Shown here: positions 54,750 through 64,000 of the stretch, in pieces
Position numbering within the stretch: the stretch's first letter is position 1
How the letters are laid out: each line of letters opens with the position of its first letter
From: Octopus bimaculoides
Lineage: Eukaryota
Assembly (NCBI RefSeq): GCF_001194135.2
Contig: NC_068984.1
Span: 52,185,000-52,248,999 of the forward strand
Length of the DNA stretch: 64,000 nucleotides
Reading direction: 5' to 3'
Made by a program: the position numbers and the translations under genes
The notes under the pieces: model-generated
Databases searched by the model: none
The model's input: the letters and a program-made list of their open reading frames with translations, nothing else
Told to the model about the DNA's origin: nothing

Positions 54750-55159
54750 AACTCTGTATCGACAAGTACACATTAAGTATGAGACTGTCTTGATCTTTGA
54801 GAAAAAGCAATGAAATCTTTCTCAAATCTCAGCCTATCATCTTTTAGAAAAGGAAGAACATCAGATAAAATTAGTCTTCCCAGATACATAGCACAAAACA
54901 AAAAAGACTGAAGAGTTATTGGCTGAAGTAACTTACATTAGAGTTCTCAATCAGATATGACCTGACGCTAAAGAACAACAACAAGTATGATAGATGAACC
55001 AACAAGAGAGTCCTCTAAGCAGTCACTCAATAAGCTACAAATACCTGCCAATTCTCCCTCAAATCACACTCTACTGTCTGAAACAGTGGTTCTCAACCAT
55101 TTTTTTTACTTATAGACCTCTTTAGACTGTTTTAATTCTTATTTTACTTAGGAGGAGGG

Positions 55160-55770
55160 GAGTCAGATGAAGATGGAAGGGGAGTTGAGCCCATATGGCA
55201 CAAAGGAGTGAAGAGAGAAGATTAATTCCTGTTCACAGCGAAGGCAGGAGTCTGGATGGACTCTGTGCAAAGACAATCCAAACACAGACAGGTGTTGTAA
55301 TGAATGACTGGTAGAGCGGAAATGGTGCAAGACCAGGGTCTCATTGCCGAGTCTAATGTCTCGGGGGTACTCCGCGAACCGATCAGCCAAGCGGCGTCCC
55401 GTTTGACCGATGCACAGAGAAGGGCAGAAAGAGCAGGAGGTACAGTAAATGATGTTGCTAGAAGTGCAGGTAAAGGAGTCAGTGATATGATTGGTACGAT
55501 GATGAATACCTGTGAGGATGGTGGTATTGGAGAGGTAGGGGAAAGTGGGCAAATGTAACGGCGCGGGCGGGAGCACAGGAACGAACCAGGCTGGGAGGTG
55601 GGGTTAGGGAAGAAACTGTGGACCAAGAGGTCACGTAGGTTGTGGGCTCATTTGAAGGAGGGAAGGGTAGGTTGGGGAAGATGTACGAAGTGGAAGGGTC
55701 GGACTGGAATCACCGGAAGGCTTGGAGCTTGATGCGTTGGAGGGGCAGGGTGGAATAGATATAATTATAA
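55160..55770 (-). mobile_element. Penelope-like element 3' fragment (linker plus GIY-YIG), frameshifted
   Basis: FTCTSSNIIYCTSCSFCPSLCIGQTGRRLADRFAEY...EQELIFSL...GLN; upstream QPGSFLCSRPR in another frame; GC-richer than flanks. Confidence 0.85.
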
Positions 55771-55924
55771 GGGCAACTACTGGGTAGCGCCACATGCTAG
55801 TAGAAGATGCCAAATGGCTCTAAAACTACCTAATTTGTGTGTGTGTGTGTGCATAAAATCAAGAAAATCTTTACCAAGTAGCAAGCATATAATAAGACCA
55901 TATAGTTAACAATACAAAATATAT

Positions 55925-56145
55925 AGTTATATAGATATGATTATAAAAAGAGTACTAATGAGTTGCGTCACATGCTAGAAATAGATGCCAATGGCTCAAA
56001 GAATTACATTATTTACCACATTGGCACGGGCTGAAAGCGAGAGAAGTGAACAAAAAAGATTAAATTATGTTGTTCTTAGAGCCATTGGCGTCTATTTCTA
56101 GCATGTGGCGCTACTCATTAGTGCCCTTATTATAATTATATTTAT
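55925..56145. mobile_element. Small foldback/MITE-like repeat with about 80-bp arms; a third copy of the arm at 55760-55840
   Basis: ctaatgagttgcgtcacatgctagaaatagatgccaatggctc versus its reverse complement gagccattggcgtctatttctagcatgtggcgctactcattag. Confidence 0.6.
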
Positions 56146-56149
56146 ATAA

Positions 56150-56169
56150 TTATTTTGTGTGTGTGTGTG

Positions 56170-56253
<84 letters not shown>

Positions 56254-56259
56254 GAGAGG

Positions 56260-56290
<31 letters not shown>

Positions 56291-56485
56291 GGAGGGAGAG
56301 AGAGATTGTGTGTGTATATATATATATTATATATATGTATAAGTATTTATCTATACATCTCCCTCCCTCTCTCTCTCTCTGTATATATATATATATTGAA
56401 TAGATAGATAGATACATACATACATACACACATACATACATACATGGACACACACATGCACACACACACACACACACATACTCAC
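56150..56485. repeat. (GT)n-(GA)n-(TA)n-(CA)n compound microsatellite
   Basis: Direct reading. Confidence 0.9.
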
Positions 56486-57249
56486 AGACATGCATCCACA
56501 TCAATACCTCGATTAACAAAATTAATGTTCCTCTTTTTAAAATTTCTTTGTTATCAGGTAAAGGCAAAAACAGTTTTCATGCAGATTAGGTTTTTTTTTT
56601 ATTAATTATTGAAATAAATGTAAATTTACATTACAGCATGTCTACAAAGGAAAAAATCGTTTCAACAAATTTATATATATAATTCAATCAAAAGCATGAT
56701 ACACTTTCTTTATTTCATCAAACACACACAGACACCACACATACACATGCATACATTTATATGATAAGTACCACATGCCTTACTATAAACACTACTTGCT
56801 CTGATATACAGTACACACATGCACGCATGCACTTACCCGTACACACACACACACATTAATATGCGAAATATTTCACGCACAAAACTCTTTGAACATTATA
56901 TACGCTCACAGGCAAATACCCACATAAAGTGATACCAGTTTCCTTTTGGACAAACTCAACACAAATAACACAGATGTATACACACACCCATCCATTTGTC
57001 AGCTCCTGATTCCCCAACCCTACACACACACATACACATACAAAAAACAAGCGTTTTCCATACATCCGCTGTTCACTTTCATCTCACACATAACAGACAT
57101 AATAAACCCTTTGAAGACACGTGGTTAAGTGGTTAGGACAATCGGCTCACGAGCGTAAAGTTGTGAGTTCGATTCCCAGCCGCGCGTTGTGTCCTTGAGC
57201 AAGACACTATATTTCATGTTGCTTTAGTCCACTCAGCTGAAGAAAAGCA

Positions 57250-58140
57250 TTGCTACCAAGTTATAGAGGAAGAAGAAGTGTGAAAATACGTATTTCCAGA
57301 GTTACACCAGAAATTAAACCAGAGTGGTTGGTTGCAACAGTGCTGGCTGCGACCAAGGAGGAGCCGGAATTGGGACCAGTGGCGAAATCAAAAGTGCGCA
57401 AATGGTGGGGATTTGGACTCGAAATGTGGCTTTTTGCCACATTCGAGGACATAGAAAGAATTCCCTACCAGATAGAAGTGGAGGATGAGAGAACGTTAAA
57501 TGTTGTAGTCGAGGGAAGGAAACCAATTGCTACATATGCGGGGAAAGAGATCATATGAAGACCAAATGCCCCCTATATGAGTTCACACAGCCACAGCAAA
57601 AGAAAGCACAAGCAAAGGAGGAAAACATTGTAGACCACACACTGAGGAAATGAAAGAGAGACAGAAGTGTGAAACAGAGAAAACAAAGGAGAACGAAAAT
57701 GGAGCTACTAACCTTAAAAAGCGAAAGAAAAACAAGTCAAAGGAACGGTCAACAGAAAACAAAAACAAAAAAAAGAGATAGAAAAGCCAGAAACTAATAA
57801 TGTACAAGAAGAGGAGGAGAGAACGGATAAGGATGTTAAATACAAGGGGTTTTTGATAAAGTACGAGAATTGCGAGCAGATGGAGAGAAAAGTCGAGAGG
57901 CTGGAGGAAATAATAAGAGTGAAGATGCCGGAGAAATGCATTTTGATACATGAGGAAAACTACTGGGAGTACATAAAAGAACTTGGTGAAAATATAATAA
58001 CGAAACGGGTATGGTTGGTGGAGACACCACCCCCTAGAACTGATTATTTGCAGTTGATAAGGACGGAAGTAACAATTGTTAATGGGAGAAAGGTAACGAG
58101 AGTGTTTGAATTTTTTGAGTTACAAAACCGTTAAAATGTT
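57250..58140 (+). mobile_element. LINE ORF1 (gag-like) remnant with CCHC zinc knuckle
   Basis: LNVVVEGRKP then a 1-nt frameshift to CYICGERDHMKTKC (C-x2-C-x4-H-x4-C) at about 57528-57570, then a K/E-rich purine-biased tail. Confidence 0.65.
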
Positions 58141-58539
58141 TACATGACGTTGAACGTAAAAGTGAAAAACTGGATAAATGTAACCACCCGACTTCGGGGA
58201 TCGAGTGGACATTGTGCCTCATTTTTTTCATTCTTGCATATTATCATTTTATTTTAATTACCCCGAACCAACAAAGCTAGATATAAACCCAGAATTTCAA
58301 AGACTGGAGAACGTAGTCTAGAAACACTGGATAGGGGCCCAACTCAGCCACTGAGGTTATTTGATCAACTAAAGATACTAGAAGTTGGTCTTCTATTAGT
58401 GCTGTAGTTCAACGGCTAACCGAGAGAAATATAAATGAAAACTTTAGATATTTTTTTTCAAACAATTTTCAGCTGCAAGTGCTACCAGTTGAAAGCTCTG
58501 CATACCGGATGATAGCAAGTTTATGGGTCATCAAGAGAG

Positions 58540-58680
58540 AATGTGCGCCATTTTAAGGCTTTCCTCTTGATGGCATTATTGTGCACAGCCCTACTCACCA
58601 AGAGGAAGCTAGATCAACTGGTTAGTAGGTTTCGCTCAATATACAATTAAACTGAGAATTGCCGGTTAAATTTTTTTTTA
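58540..58680 (-). promoter_or_regulatory. Candidate non-coding first exon / promoter region of the PTN/MK-like gene
   Basis: Consensus donor TTG|GTGAGT (exon end 58599) and an AAAATGGCG YY1-like motif near 58546-58554 in CpG-retaining DNA; exon 54562 starts with an acceptor, so an upstream exon must exist. Confidence 0.3.
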
Positions 58681-60044
58681 AAAATAAACTTTGCACCACT
58701 ATCTTGAATCAATTTTTTTTAATGTGAAATCTCATGATAATTGTTGATGCTGTTTTTTCTTCTTATTCTCTAACAATAAACACTAGCTGATGATTGTAGT
58801 TAAGGGTGATTGATATTGAGAATGCCCAGCAGAATCCTAAGTATAACATCCTGCTATATCAAATCAACATAGTATTTGCTCTTCTGAAAGTCAATAAAAT
58901 AAGTGTCCTACTAGAGTTGAAATAATTACCGAGAGAAAGAAGATGGTAGAGAGAGTTTTAAGAACCCTTGATTCCAGCTGCTCCAACATAATTTCTTCTT
59001 CTAACTTCTTCACTTCCAAACTGTACTTTAGAAACTATAGATTTTGGCATCTGGTCAACTCAAGAGTGCCATAAAACTTGTTCAGAATTGCTTGGTAATC
59101 TATGCAGATGACAATAAACACACACACACACAAACTCACGCTCACACACAGTCACACATGCACACACACAATTATAAAATCAAGCACGCATAGTATCTGG
59201 ATTATGTTTCCTTTTTCTTTCTTAATACAAGGAAATTGCTCTCATATGATTTTGAGATAGAATTGATGGCACGAAGATAAATTACAAATTCTCTCTCTTC
59301 GTCGTATTTAACCAGCGTTTAAAAAATTTTTTTTTTTATGATCAACTTAGCACCTAACTATTCTGTGGTCGGTAAAAATAAGTAAATATATGATACAAGA
59401 ATTTAAGGAAGGTTGATGGAGAAAAAAGGTCAATGATAAGAGGAAACCAAAATACTAAAAGGAAACTGTTTCTAAGTAAGATAAAGATTGGTAAGAAATA
59501 TTTCCCGAGGAAAACAAATTGCAAGGAAATTGCGAATTCAAGTCGAAAACGTATTTTCCAGTAAATCCATTTCTGATAATTTTACCATTATCCCAACTTC
59601 TCAAAGCTGGTGCCCATTTCCTCAACAATTTCCTCTCATCAAACATCTCATCCTGATATATTATTCAACACACTAGCTCCCTTTCCCCAACCACATTAAG
59701 CAGCTGATTTTTCTTTCTTTTGGCTTGACCATCATCCAATCTGCTTGCTAAGGTCATTCAAATGTAATAAGTTGACAGCTTCTCATTGTTATCTGCCAGC
59801 CATTATTATTGGAGTTAAGATAGGGAAGATAAATTTGCTATTAAAATAACACGATAAACAAATGAAGAAGAAATCGGTATCTAATTTTATCTGCTCCTTT
59901 ACAGAAACTTTACCAATTTCCTATATAGGTCTGTGTACAAACACATGACCCAGTGAGGAAACCTCTAGGGAAATCTCTAGAAATAGCAACCAAGTTTCTC
60001 TCAAATCATACTACATATTATTATTATTATTGTTATTATTATTT

Positions 60045-60184
60045 ACATCTTTATTGCCCACAGGGAGCTAAACACAGAGGGGACAAACCAAGACAGATAA
60101 ACGGATTAAGTCGGTTACATCGACCCCTGTGCGTAACTGGTACTTATTTAATCGACCCCGAAAGGGTGAAAAGCAAAGTTGACC
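60045..60184 (-). mobile_element. Family A SINE, truncated where the foldback element begins
   Basis: atcgaccccgaaagggtgaaaagcaaagttgacc ends abruptly at the 60185 arm boundary. Confidence 0.7.
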
Positions 60185-60660
60185 ACGATCGTTTCATGAA
60201 ACTCCATTTAATTGAACAATGCAAACATTACATCAATTTAAAATGCAGAGCAATCCTCAGCTGCACAAAGACACAGAATTTAATTAAATTAGAACAAATG
60301 GACACATTAGTAATAGTTATACCTAAAATCTCCAAGAAGTTAAGGAGATAGACAAAGAACATGTCTCTACTTCAGCATAAAAGTTACAAAATTATCAAGA
60401 AGACTCTGCCTGTCACTGATTTTATTTTTGTTTTTGGGGGGTCAATTTTAATTTATAGACTAGTTTATAAAATCCTTGTATATTTAAGGCTGAGAGGATA
60501 AAGGGCAGTATCTGTTAGGAGTAGGGCTGAGGGAGCAGACAGAAATCATAGTTGGTATAGTCATAAAAATCAAGATTTATTAGAAGCAATATCATGAGGC
60601 TTGATAAAGGAAAATTTAAAACAAGATGTTAGCTGACAACTAAGGGGGTCGCCCACTAAC

Positions 60661-61070
60661 AGACCATTGATAATGAAACAGGGGAAGTCTTATCATGTAG
60701 TACTGTAGTTAAATATTCTAAACAATGTTGCTATATTGTATACAGTTAAAGTTTAGGGCTATTCAGAGGGTTATTAAGAAGAATATTTTAACAAAAAGGA
60801 TAGAAATTTATGAATACGTTTGAGTATATACCAAACTTTTACCACAATAGAGGGAGAAAAAGAAATCCAGAAATAGTTTAATATTTATACATATTGTAAA
60901 CTTAAATACTAACCCATCTGATGGTATCTGTGAATATTGATTAATTGGTATATACTGGTATTAATAAAGGAGTATTGAAGTAAAAGAACATTCTAATTAT
61001 ATATTAATAAAGTTATAATCTAAGCAGTTTTTTTTAATAAGTAGTGAATATACCAGTATAGTTTTACATA
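60661..61070 (+). pseudogene. Dead GIY-YIG endonuclease frame
   Basis: Frame from 60661: NNVAILYTVKV...EEYFNKKDRNL*IRLSIYQTF...YTYCKLKY...INWYIL...SKRTF*LYINKVII*AVFFNK, collinear by eye with the motif order of ORF 62997-63572; 12 in-frame stops between 60661 and 61044. Confidence 0.5.
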
Positions 61071-61684
61071 AGTTAAGTATGAATTTGTAAAGATACAAAG
61101 ATTAGCTTAATTTTATAAATAAATAAAGGCTAATTATAAAATAAAGAAATGAAATAAAGTAATCAAGTAGGGCAGAACACCATAGAAAAGGAATAAAATA
61201 GCTTAATTACTAATACTATGGTAAAGTATATGTAGCTTATTAACACCAATAAAGAAGATTTATAGAAAAAGTATAATAATTCAAAATATATGTGGGCGAC
61301 CCCCTTAGTTGTCAGCTAACATCTTGTCTGAAGTTTTCCTTTACCAAACCTCATGATATTGCTTCTAATAAATCTTGATTTTTATGACTATACCAACTAT
61401 GATTTCTGTCTACTCCCTCAGCCCTACTCCTAACAGATACTGCCCTTTATCCTCTCAGCCTTATATATATACAAGGATTTTATAAACTAGTCTATAAATT
61501 AAAACTGACCCCACAAAAACAAATAAAATCAGTGACAGGTAGAGTCTTCTTGATAATTTAGTAATTTCTATGCTGAAGTAGAGACAACATGTTCTTTGTC
61601 TATCTCCTTAACTTCTTGGAGATTTTAGGTATAATTATACCAATGTGTCCATCTGTTCTAATCTAATTAAATTTTATTTCCTTG

Positions 61685-61771
61685 TGCAGCTGAGGATTGC
61701 TCTGAATTTTAAATTGGTGTAATGTTTGCATTGTTCAAATAAATGGAGTTTCTTGAAACGATCGTACTGCA
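61685..61771 (+). ncRNA. Hammerhead ribozyme motif (right arm of the second element)
   Basis: UGCAG-CUGAGGA-[imperfect stem II]-GAAA-CGAUCG-U-A|CUGCA: 5-bp stem I, palindromic stem III, GUA triplet; base of stem II is mismatched. Confidence 0.6.
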
Positions 61772-62655
61772 TTACCTCTGGATATCTTTGTTGCTTATTT
61801 TGATTTTAATCACCTTACTTTGAAATTGTATGGATAATACCGTACTAAATTCTGGTGCCTCAACTTAAGTACCATATTCATCTGAATCTATCTATCTATA
61901 TATATATATATAATTATTCAATATTAACAGTTTTGTATTAGNNNNNNNNNNNNNNNNNNNNNNNNNNNNNNNNNNNNNNNNNNNNNNNNNNNNNNNNNNN
62001 NNNNNNNNNNNNNNNNNNNNNNNNNNNNNNNNNNNNNNNNNNNNNNNNNNNNNNNNNNNNNNNNNNNNNNNNNNNNNNNNNNNNNNNNNNNNNNNNNNNN
62101 NNNNNNNNNNNNNNNNNNNNNNNNNNNNNNNNNNNNNNNNNNNNNNNNNNNNNNNNNNNNNNNNNNNNNNNNNNNNNNNNNNNNNNNNNNNNNNNNNNNN
62201 NNNNNNNNNNNNNNNNNNNNNNNNNNNNNNNNNNNNNNNNNNNNNNNNNNNNNNNNNNNNNNNNNNNNNNNNNNNNNNNNNNNNNNNNNNNNNNNNNNNN
62301 NNNNNNNNNNNNNNNNNNNNNNNNNNNNNNNNNNNNNNNNNNNNNNNNNNNNNNNNNNNNNNNNNNNNNNNNNNNNNNNNNNNNNNNNNNNNNNNNNNNN
62401 NNNNNNNNNNNNNNNNNNNNNNNNNNNNNNNNNNNNNNNNNNNNNNNNNNNNNNNNNNNNCAGCAAATTTAGTAGGTAAAATCCAATTTCATAAACAGGA
62501 ATACCGAAGCGCACGGGACAAAACAGCAACAGAACATCCAAAGTGTGGAAAAGTAAAATCCAAGTTTCACCATTCCGCAGGTAACATCAGTAAAGTCAAA
62601 CCATAAACATCATTTACAGTGGATTACGAGTATAGGTGGAACACAGACACAGAAC

Positions 62656-62735
62656 ACCTATGGCCATTTCGGGGGTATATCACCGTATTTAATGCACAAT
62701 AGAGCACAAATTGGTGATAACCCCTTCTTCAGGGT
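62656..62735 (-). ncRNA. Minimal type I hammerhead ribozyme motif (left arm, downstream and sense to the GIY-YIG ORF)
   Basis: Reverse complement of 63599-63678 with one stem II substitution. Confidence 0.75.
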
Positions 62736-62996
62736 AAAAAAAAAAGACACACAGACATCAACGAAGTCATCAGTCAAAAAACTATAATTATGAGGGCAAG
62801 CTTAAATAAATAATAATATGGACTAGACCAAAAAAAAAAACAAATCTAATTTTTAGTATACCCTTTAGAATAGTCAGGCAGGTTTGGTAACTAAAACTAT
62901 TAGGCTTCAAATCCAACGTAAACCATGATAAAAAATAAATACTACCATTGTATCCATATTTTTATTATTATTTTAATATCAATTATTATTGTCTAT

Positions 62997-63572
62997 TTAT
63001 TTACTTCTATCATTACCATTACTACCATTATTACTACCACTACTAACACTATTATTTTTGTTCTTATTCCTATTTTTATATAGTTTTAGGAAGGTGGAGG
63101 AAAATTTATGATTGCAAAAAGGGATTACCTCGATAAACTTATTCAAGGTTTTCGGCCCAAAAGACCTAAGAATGAAAATGGATTCCCTAATGCATAATAA
63201 GCAGTTGCTAATATTAGCCCTAAATTGGGAGGTTCTAGATAAGATTGACCATTCAAGATAGTACTTCTTATTCCTCCTCTTGAGGTCATGTAGGTAAGAG
63301 GCGAGTGTTGTGGAATTACAATATTTCTCATTAGAAAAAGAACTCATGTGCGCCCTGTACCTGGCTTTAAAATTCACTGAACTTCCAATATAAAACTTAT
63401 TTTGTTTGTCCTCGTCTCTAACTACACATGTATACACTACATTTGTGGACAAACAAAGTCCGCCGAGAGGACATAAAGAAGGGTCCCTAGAATTACATAA
63501 TTTTTTACGGCCACCCTTAAAGTCATTTCCAACATTATTAACCGCCCTCAGAAATTTATTCTTATCAACCAT
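62997..63572 (-). CDS. GIY-YIG endonuclease of a Penelope-like element, uninterrupted 191 aa ORF, no RT
   Basis: CPLGGLCL zinc-linker, NVVY...FYIG (GIY/YIG), catalytic R (FKARYRAH), W-x-I, CLLC-x2-E, LNK and C-x-H. Confidence 0.9.
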   Translation of the reverse strand: MVDKNKFLRAVNNVGNDFKGGRKKLCNSRDPSLCPLGGLCLSTNVVYTCVVRDEDKQNKFYIGSSVNFKARYRAHMSSFSNEKYCNSTTLASYLHDLKRRNKKYYLEWSILSRTSQFRANISNCLLCIRESIFILRSFGPKTLNKFIEVIPFCNHKFSSTFLKLYKNRNKNKNNSVSSGSNNGSNGNDRSK

Positions 63573-63598
63573 TCGTTGATGTCTGTTTGTCTTTTTTT

Positions 63599-63678
63599 AC
63601 CCTGAAGAAGGGGTTATCACCGATTTGTGCTCTATTGTGCATTAAATACGGTGATATACCCCCGAAATGGCCATAGGT
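63599..63678 (+). ncRNA. Minimal type I hammerhead ribozyme motif (right arm)
   Basis: ACC-CUGAAGA-A-GGGGUUAUCACCG...CGGUGAUAUACCCCC-GAAA-UGGCCA-U-A|GGU: core boxes, long stem II, palindromic stem III, AUA triplet, 3-bp stem I. Confidence 0.75.
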
Positions 63679-64000
63679 GTTCTGTGTCTGTGTTCCACCT
63701 ATACTCGTAATCCACTGTAAATGATGTTTATGGTTTAACTTTACTGATGTTACCTGCGGAATGGTGAAACTTGGATTTTACTTTGCCACACTTTGGATGT
63801 TCTGTTGCTGTTTTGTCCCGTGCGCTTCGGTATTCCTGTTTATGAAATTGAATTTTACCTACTAAATTTGCTGTCATGAGGGAGGTAGTTGAACTTTCGT
63901 ACTACTTGTCTTGAATTTTTTTTTGTTATTGGCCTCAGCGAATGAACTGTTGTGCTACGTCTCCCTATGTATTATTTTTTTCTCTATATATTTTTTCTAT

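Larger units (their letters stand above)
60185..61771 (+). mobile_element. Second Penelope-like foldback element: about 470-bp inverted arms (60185-60656 and 61292-61765) around a decayed GIY-YIG region
   Basis: Arms align as reverse complements along their whole length with scattered differences; both end in hammerhead motifs; the spacer translates to a stop-riddled GIY-YIG-like frame. Confidence 0.75.
62461..63873 (-). mobile_element. Penelope-like endonuclease-only element with about 305-bp inverted arms (62461-62765 and 63572-63873)
   Basis: Arms are reverse complements with about five substitutions and one A-run length difference by eye; they enclose the GIY-YIG ORF; the left arm abuts a gap so it may be longer. 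Confidence 0.85.

Noticed and set aside
57110-57190. tRNA-like A/B boxes (also 18955-19020)
   Set aside because: No complete cloverleaf; they continue into SINE body sequence
1-64000. CRISPR arrays, rRNA, prokaryotic operons
   Set aside because: None seen; the sequence is eukaryotic, intron-containing DNA

Overview
AT-rich, repeat-dense animal DNA with three assembly gaps. The tRNA-derived SINE families and microsatellite style point to an Octopus-like cephalopod (inference). Most ORF-track entries are microsatellite or gap artefacts. One real gene was reconstructed by hand on the minus strand: 7 coding exons from 54558 down to 18115, 1005 nt, 334 aa, all GT-AG introns in phase 1. It encodes a secreted, very basic midkine/pleiotrophin-family protein: signal peptide, a vertebrate-type 6-Cys N-domain, four tandem 4-Cys C-domains and a fifth divergent TSR-like domain, one domain per exon. 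At 60.2-63.9 kb two adjacent, convergent elements share one plan: a GIY-YIG-only coding region with no RT, between long inverted arms that carry outward-facing minimal hammerhead ribozymes. One has an open reading frame; the other is dead. The rest is SINEs, Buster-type hAT MITEs (two with 8-bp TSDs), a decayed hAT transposase, Penelope and LINE fragments, and microsatellites. About 15-55 kb is visibly CpG-depleted relative to the flanks.
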